64,000 nucleotides of DNA, taken from contig NC_068982.1 of NCBI RefSeq assembly GCF_001194135.2, forward strand, positions 26,259,989 to 26,323,988. The letters run 5' to 3'. The position numbers and the translations under genes are program-made. This DNA comes from Octopus bimaculoides. Lineage: Eukaryota. The notes under the pieces are model-generated. The model did no database searches, was not told where the DNA came from, and saw nothing but the letters and a program-made list of their open reading frames with translations. Shown one piece after another: positions 55,211-64,000 of the stretch; position 1 is the first letter of the stretch, and each line of letters starts with the position of its first letter.

Positions 55211-56404
55211 GATTCTTATTATTACTATTATTATAACTATTATTATTGTTACTGTTGTTGTTGTTGTTGTTTGCGTTGTTGTGTCTGGTGTTACTATACT
55301 TATTGTCAATACTGTATTACTATTATTGTATACGTCATAAGGAGTAAATCTAGCGTTTCCTTTCTTATGTCACACATAATTAAATATATGTTAGATGACA
55401 TACATAAAAATATTCAACCTTAAGAAATGTTTTGTCAAAACACTGTAAAGCATTTAGATACTTTTGTATTGCTATTTTCTGGGACATGCTAATATCTGTA
55501 CTAACAGTTAACATGTCATTGATTTTGCACAAACGATAGTCTGTCATCATTTGCACCAGTTACAAAGAGAATAATAGACACATTTTCTTATAAATGTAAT
55601 ATTTTCATTTCAGTAGTTAAGTCCAAGGTTTTCTCAGCTCACCTTCTACGTGATATTATTCGCATTTAGTAATTTAATGTTGTTTATTAATATATAATAT
55701 TGCTATTTTGGGGGAAAAAAAAGATGTCAGGTTTCTTGTATTTACTCGTATGCATAAAATCATACATACGTCCTTACTTAGACGTTGTTAACTTTTTCAG
55801 TTAAGTGGTTCATTAAAATATAAAAATGTGTTTACTTTTGTTATGAAGTGAAAATGTGTTCCCAAGCCGATCGTAGAGAACATTTGTAACGTATATTGTT
55901 ATGTCTAGGAGAAATGCAACTCTTTATTGGTTTTCTCCAAGCCTATGCAAGATCTTTCTATGTATGTCATTATTCAGTTTATTTCAAGGTTTCTTGCCAA
56001 TAGAGAAAGTACCTAATTCTAACCTAGATCCAGGGCTCCTTCATTGGAATTTCAAAATCAGCAACAGGGTATCTTTGTTTGTCTGTATGTATGTACAGAT
56101 TTGTATTTTTACGTTTGTATTCTCATACATATAGTTGCATATCTAGACAAGCTCATATATATTTAAATGATAAATTTCTGGAAAGTTTTACAGATTTTTA
56201 CAGTTGCAGTGATAGATTGGATCTGTTGTCTTCGAATTAGCTTTCTCCTTTCTGGTTTTGAGAAGCCTAATTTATCAAGATTGGTGTTTAGGCAGTGTGT
56301 TACATACCCCAGGGCCCCCAAAATTACAGGTATAAACCTGAACTTGTAACCTGGTTAGAGTAACTGCAGATTTCTCAACAGTTTAGCATAGGTGTTCTCG
56401 TTTT

Positions 56405-56580
<176 letters not shown>

Positions 56581-56589
56581 CCAATAATA

Positions 56590-56810
56590 ACTATAACAAT
56601 TGTTTCAAATTTTGGCAAAGGCCCAGCAATTTTAGAGTGTGTGTGATAGTTGACCCAGGGACTTCATTGATACTTTATTTATCTACTCCGAAAGGAAGAA
56701 AGACAAAGTTGACCTTGGCGTGATTTAAACCAAGAATGTAAGAACACGGGTCATATACTGCTAAATATTTTCCCGTCATTCTAATCATTCTGCCAGCTCG
56801 CAGATGATGA
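56590..56810 (-). mobile_element. tRNA-derived SINE, type-2 tail
   Basis: Reverse complement reads GCGAGCTGGCAGAATGATTAG head and AAAATTGCTGGGCCTTTGCCAAAATTTGAAAC tail. Confidence 0.75.
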
Positions 56811-56890
56811 TGACGGTGACAATGATGATGATGATGATGATGATGATATTCCTCTTGTTGCTGCTGATGCTGCTGATGATGATGACGACA

Positions 56891-57426
56891 AAATGCCCTG
56901 ATGCAGTACCAGGTAGTGGCTCTCATGGCTTTTGATCTTAAGTCATTGGAAGTGATTAAGTGATTATCATGTACACGTTTTGTCTATTCTGCTCAATACT
57001 GCAGATTTGCTAGTCAGTCGTTTGACCTTAACCAGTTGAGTATGTCCCTTGGTGGCTGGCGATATGTGCATCTCTGATCACGAGCAGAAGTAGCGGAGGA
57101 GCATCATAGCTATGTGTTTAGACGAATTCTTTGGCAAGTTAATAATTCACCTCTGGAAGCATCGGTGTTTCGTTCAATATCCTTAAACAACTCTTATTGA
57201 AAGACATTTTGAGCAAGATGGGCTACTCGACCTGACGAAAATTCTAACAGGACCGCTCCTGCAAGGTCATGCGTTGTTTATCTTAATATGAGATCATGAT
57301 CTCATGCACACATGGTCCTGATGCATGTGCCTGGTGTACGCTTATCAGACGTGTAGTCATGAAGGTTATATTGGGCTTCGTATATTTTACCCCATTGCCA
57401 CTTTGATGGCATGCACTGCTCTCTCA

Positions 57427-57430
<4 letters not shown>
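56891..57430 (+). mobile_element. ~540-bp non-coding interspersed element, copy 2 (full length)
   Basis: AAATGCCCTGATGCAGTACCAGG ... GGCATGCACTGCTCTCTCACTG; preceded by a (GAT)n-rich tract and followed by (AAT)n at 57430-57530. Confidence 0.9.
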
Positions 57431-57517
<87 letters not shown>

Positions 57518-58029
57518 TTAATAATAATAATCTATACTATAATGGAGAAAGCTGCTTATCAATTAGGTATGTAACAGTTATTACTAAAAGTACTAAAAGA
57601 AAACAATTATTAAAAGGTTGACCGTCTGGAAATATTTTTATAAATTCATGTTTTTGAATTCTCAAGTTCATTGAATTTTAAACTCCAATTTCTCTTTCAA
57701 TTTTAAATATTCATTGCATTCACTGCGTCTAATTCTCCACAAATTTAAATGTTCATTACATTCACAGCGGAGTATTGCATTTTCATTTGTAAAGTCCGTT
57801 AGTTTCTCTTTCAATGTTTTCATTTCAAGTTCTAATTCTCTATTTGGAAAACTGACAGTTTATTCTATTAATGTATATGTAATGTAAAGACATTATTTCT
57901 TGAATGAAAACCTTTTAAAACACACGTATAATTTTTGTAAAAAAAAGTTTAAATGTGATTTCGTTGTTACGGCTGTTTGGAACGCTATAAGCCATACAAT
58001 AATAACTATCCGGAGGCATTTGGGCCATT

Positions 58030-58735
58030 TTGTTTTTAACTTAAAAACCACGGGAGGAACCTTTTTGATAGAAAAAAAAATGTAAATATTTTCAGAGGAA
58101 AAGGTAAACAATTCAAGGGAGGTTTCACTGTTGCTTCTAGCACAAAACAAACCACCCTCCTTTTTCACTCTAACGTGTATTGTTTTTTCAATACCTTTCT
58201 CCCATTAAACACATTTTATGGAATGATGATGCCGAAGTAACACACGTGTGGTCCATTGGTGGATTATAGGCAACAAAATAAATTGTAATCTAAATTTTTA
58301 CCCCACGTCAATCAAGCGAAGCCGTGTGAGTGTGTAAGAAAAAAACATTTCCTAACCGAAAAATATGCTATTAAAATGAATTATCGTTTACGTAACTTTT
58401 TTTAAATCACTGTGAGTAAATGCCAGCAATGACCTTCTCAGACTCTCCAATATTTTAATTTCTAAACAGAAACAATCGCGGGTAGGGAGTAGGGTTGCAA
58501 AAAGTTCATATTTTTTCAAATTTTCTTTTTATAGCATATAAATGTATTTATAGGAAAATATTGAAAAACATCAATACATGCGAGAGTGATAAAGAAACGA
58601 GGAGGGTTGTCTTTGGATGTGTTAGAAACAACTGCCAAATCGCCCTTAAACCGCTCACTTTTCCCTCTGAAAATATTAATAATTTTTTTAAACCGAAAGT
58701 GCTCTTCCCATGATTTTGAAGTGCAAAAGAATAGG
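58030..58735. repeat. Old degenerate inverted repeat (arms ~58030-58190 and ~58561-58735)
   Basis: AATATTTTCAGAGG.AAAG..ACCCTCCT..TCACTCT..TGTATTG..TTTTTCAA is present in opposite orientations with many substitutions. Confidence 0.65.
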
Positions 58736-59515
58736 TCCGGAGTGGGATGATGGGGGAGGTTGGGTATAAGAAAAAAGAGTTTGCAAAACTTTAATTTCAT
58801 ACAAAGATGCCCCCACCCCCATATTTTCAAAAGTTGTAGTGTTTAAAAAAATGTAGAAAATCTCCGAAAAAATTTCCCCACAAGTTTCTTTATAATCGTA
58901 ATCTATGCTATTTGGAAGGGACTTGTATAAACTTTCTTTAAATGATACCTCTTTTCCTCAAAGTTATGAGGGAAACAGATCGTGAATTTTCCGAAACTCT
59001 TCTCTCCACTCCCTCGGAAAAATTCGTTCCTATATACTCTGACGCCACATCTAAGCGGTATTTGTAGAAAATTTTAAAAAGTATCCATTTTTCTGGATGT
59101 TATGAGGCAACACAGTCGGGGGCGTATACATCTGTAGTAATGTACTTTTATTTATACGATTTTTTCATTTCTTTCTTTCATTATTTGTAATGTTCTCTCT
59201 CCCCCTCTCTCTTTCACACACACACTGCAAAGTTTACAGATGGGCTGCTGAAATGAAATCTCTATGTTACTTTGAGGGTAAGGTAAAACTTAACAAACTG
59301 CTTCTTCCTCTGTTGTTGGACTACGGTGACGTTTGTTTAAAAAAGAGATATCATGACTGATAAAATAATGAGAGCAATACTTACTAAGCAAGTGAGAACT
59401 ATTATACAAAGAAATAATTGGACTAAAATATCATAAAAATTATCAGAACTGGGAATCAAATGTGAAATTATCAAGTCGCTAGCAGAAAACCGCCCTCCGG
59501 TTGGTCTTTCTGCTA

Positions 59516-59553
<38 letters not shown>

Positions 59554-59557
<4 letters not shown>

Positions 59558-59689
59558 GCCCTGATGCAGTACCAGGCAGTGGTTCTCGTGGCTTCACATC
59601 TTAACTGATTGGAAGTGTTATCATGTACATTGGGCTTCGTATATTTTATCCCAGTGTCATTTTGATGGCATGTACTGCTCTGTCACTCA
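59554..59689 (+). mobile_element. Internally deleted (~135 bp) copy 3 of the ~540-bp element
   Basis: First ~77 nt and last ~59 nt of the element joined at ...TCATGTACAT|TGGGCTTCG...; (AAT)n upstream and (CAA)/(GAT)n downstream. Confidence 0.88.
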
Positions 59690-59761
59690 ACAACAACAAT
59701 AACAATGATGATGATGATGATGATGATGATGACGACGACGACGACGACGATGATGTTGATG

Positions 59762-59950
59762 ATGATTTTAAATTTTAGCACATGGCCAGCAGTTTCAGTC
59801 AAATGGATAAGTCGAATACATTGACCCTAGTACTCAACTGATACTTGTTTTGTCATTCCTGAAAGAATGAAAGGTAAAGTCGACCTCAACAGAATTTGAA
59901 CTCAGAACATAGAGACGGGCAAAGCATTTTGCTCGACGCGGTGATTATTC
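59762..59950 (-). mobile_element. tRNA-derived SINE, type-2 tail
   Basis: GAAAGGTAAAGTCGACCTC..ATTTGAACTCAGAAC body; tail abuts (GAT)n. Confidence 0.75.
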
Positions 59951-60349
59951 TGCAAGCTGATGAGACAATTATGTCAAAAAAGTTCTGTGTACAAATATTA
60001 ACTAAATAAATGTAGTTGTAACTAGATGAAGTAGAAGAAAAACAAACATTTTTTTTCTCTAAGTGACAGTGAATGAACTTTTAACAAAATTCCCCTCCAC
60101 AAAGAAACAGAACGACTCTTATAAAGAAGCTTTAAAGCGATAACATCTTCAAAAATTCAATAGCTTCTGTTCATTATTGTCATAGATAGCTGAAAAATGA
60201 CCTGCTGAGATTTTGTATCTGAAAATTAGTAATTAAACTTCTTACATGGCAATACTGCTGTTATTGTTCTTAATGTAAAGAGATATAAAAGTAATAAAAG
60301 ATGGTTGTGTGATATAGAATAAAGCCACAAAGAGTTTTCATAAATCTGG

Positions 60350-60530
60350 ATTTGAATGCTTAGCGGCATTTCACCCATCTCTATGGTCTGAGTTCGAATT
60401 CCACTGAGGTCGATTTTGCCTATCATACTTTGGACGTCGACAAAATAAGTAGCAGTTGAGCACTGGGATCTATGTAATAGAGTTGCCCCCTCCCCGTAAA
60501 TTGCTGGGCTTGTGCCAAAATTTGAAATCA
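60350..60530 (+). mobile_element. tRNA-derived SINE, type-2 tail
   Basis: ATGCTTAGCGGCATTTC..GAGTTCGAATTCC..GAGGTCGA body; tail AAATTGCTGGGCTTGTGCCAAAATTTGAAA followed by (CAT)n. Confidence 0.82.
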
Positions 60531-60567
60531 TCATCATCATCATCATAATTATTATTTTTATTATTAT

Positions 60568-61265
60568 TGAGTGATACGGATAAAATATACGAAACTCATT
60601 ATACCTCTCATGACTACACGTCTGATAAGTTTACATCAGGCATATGCATCGCAATCATATATGCGTGACATGGTGACCTTATATCAAGATAAATAGCGCA
60701 TGACCTCGCAGATGGAGCCCAGCTAGAGCTTTCTTCAGATCGAGTAACCAATCCCGCTCAAAAGGTTTTTCAATAAGGGTTGTTTAAGGATAATGAACGA
60801 AACATTCATGTTCCCAGCGGTGAATTATTCAAACTCCACAGAACATCTCAACACTGCTATCTTATTTCTTATTTCTTTATTGCCCACAAGGGGTTAAACA
60901 TAGGGGGGGACAAACAAGGACAGACAAAGGGATTAAGTCGATTACCTCGACCCCAGTGCGTAACTGGTACTTAATTTATCGACTCCAAAAGGATGAAAGG
61001 CAAAGTCGACCTCGGCGGAATTTGAACTCAGAACGTAACGGCAGACGAAATACTGTTAAGCATTTCGCCCGGTGTGCTAACATTTCTGCCAGCTCGCCGC
61101 CAACACAGTGCTATCTTGTTCCCCACCACTGCTTGCAAACAGAGAAGCATATATTGTAATCCTATCAGGGAATGTTCAACTGGTTACGGTCAAGCAACTG
61201 ACAAGCAACTCTGCAGTACTGTAGGAAATCTTTTATGCCAAGACAAAACATGCACATGATAACAT
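60568..61265 (-). mobile_element. Copy 4 of the ~540-bp element (5' ~65 nt missing), split by a SINE insertion
   Basis: 60568-60863 and 61101-61265 align with 51552-52040; the 3' end abuts an ATT tract. Confidence 0.85.
60864..61100 (-). mobile_element. Full-length tRNA-derived SINE (type-1 tail) nested in copy 4
   Basis: Matches the 48029 unit; TSD CAACAC--TGCTATCTT (60849-60863) / CAACACAGTGCTATCTT (61101-61117). Confidence 0.93.
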
Positions 61266-61269
61266 AGCA

Positions 61270-62206
61270 TAGTAGCCTTCCGGCATAGTAGTCTTCACAG
61301 GTTTTGGGCTACCTTGTGTCTGCGCTTGTATTCTCTCTGCACAAGACATTCACACACAATAACAATGTTGTAAGTCATGTTTTCGACCTTCTTCCCACAC
61401 ATTCTGCAAAAGTTCATTGAACTTCTTTGGTATATATCCCTTTTCATTGAGCTGGTATTCAATGTCTGCTTCTGGGCGGCAATGATTAGTCTTTCAGTTA
61501 CTCTTTAAGGCCACCTTTGCTGAGTCACCGCCATGATGCTTACTTGGCTTTTAAGTCGTTAGTTTCACTGTGCAACTGACCATGTAATTTCATGCAGTGT
61601 AGTGTTTCTTCTCTCAGGTTGGCTATTCGTGATACGAAGTCATTAGTACTCTCAACGCCATTGTTGGTTAATCCTTCTGCATTAGCAGCATACTGTAGCA
61701 GGTCTTGCTCGCTGTTTGCCAGCTACTCTGTCATGTTTCTTCTTTCACTGTCTATGCACTCCGTGCGCTAATCATACCACGTCCACGTCCACATCTACAA
61801 CTTTTCATTTACAGAGAGTGTACTTCACCGTAGGGTGAAGGGTATCATTCGTTGTGATCGTCTTTTAGGTAGTACGATCAAGTTGGTCAGTCACCACTCG
61901 TGCCCATTTAAGAAGGGGTGGACTTTAGCGGACTACAGCAGCAACATATATTTTGACGGCAATCACAAGGTTCGTTGCATTATGTTTGACTTTAAAAGAA
62001 GTCTGAGACGCTTCAAATATGCAGTGATGACCTTGTCTTTATTTTCTCTGTGCAGTATATTGTTCAGATCCATGAGGCGAGGTATCTGTGCCCACAATCT
62101 CCTTGGTGTTCCATTCGTTCTCCGTTTGGCAGTTTTATGCCCCTACAATTTGCTCTTTTCTTCTGTTTCCAAGTTAGCAACGCATACTTTGAGATACCGA
62201 ATTCCG
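61270..62206 (-). mobile_element. R4/Dong-clade element E (RT thumb to CCHC finger), 5' end at a (TAA)n tract
   Basis: EFGISK; AYLKRLRLLLKS; TLHP; RGRGMISA; KLHGQ; GLK..TERLIIAAQKQTL; CRMCGKKVE..NIV..CECLVQREYKRRH. Confidence 0.85.
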
Positions 62207-62212
62207 TTATCA

Positions 62213-62216
<4 letters not shown>

Positions 62217-62281
<65 letters not shown>
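62217..62281. repeat. (TAT)n tract between Dong elements C and E
   Basis: Direct reading. Confidence 0.97.
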
Positions 62282-63929
<1,648 letters not shown>

Positions 63930-64000
63930 TAGTTTTATTTTTATAACGTGCTTTGACTTCACTACCGAGCGCAGCTCTATGCGCCTTGGGTATGTGCTGT

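Noticed and set aside
59957-59979. CTGATGA-GAC-AATTAT-GTC-AAAA hammerhead-like core
   Set aside because: GAAA is AAAA and no stem I/III partners are present.

Overview
AT-rich eukaryotic draft-assembly DNA with seven N gaps, most flanked by (TA)n. The microsatellite load and the SINE/LINE repertoire point to an octopod cephalopod genome (Octopus-like); this is inferred from remembered repeat sequences, not from a search. No intact host protein-coding gene, RNA gene or CRISPR array can be supported, so the window is intronic or intergenic, and most ORFs in the track are microsatellite or gap artefacts. It contains five decayed R4/Dong-clade (REL-endonuclease) non-LTR fragments, three of them abutting (TAA)n tracts. 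It also has three L1/Tx1-like LINE pieces, RTE and CR1 3' ends, a full-length dead mariner with TIRs and TA TSD, hAT- and Tc1-type MITEs, many tRNA-derived SINEs and several long fold-back inverted repeats. The best leads are: (1) a ~540-bp non-coding element with fixed ends and no TIRs, present four times and always embedded in AAT/GAT tracts, a candidate non-autonomous passenger of TAA-targeting Dong elements; (2) a SINE whose 3' tail matches the 3' end of the Tx1-like LINE; (3) a pre-miRNA-like hairpin at 17715-17779; (4) a high density of long inverted repeats that could form dsRNA if transcribed.
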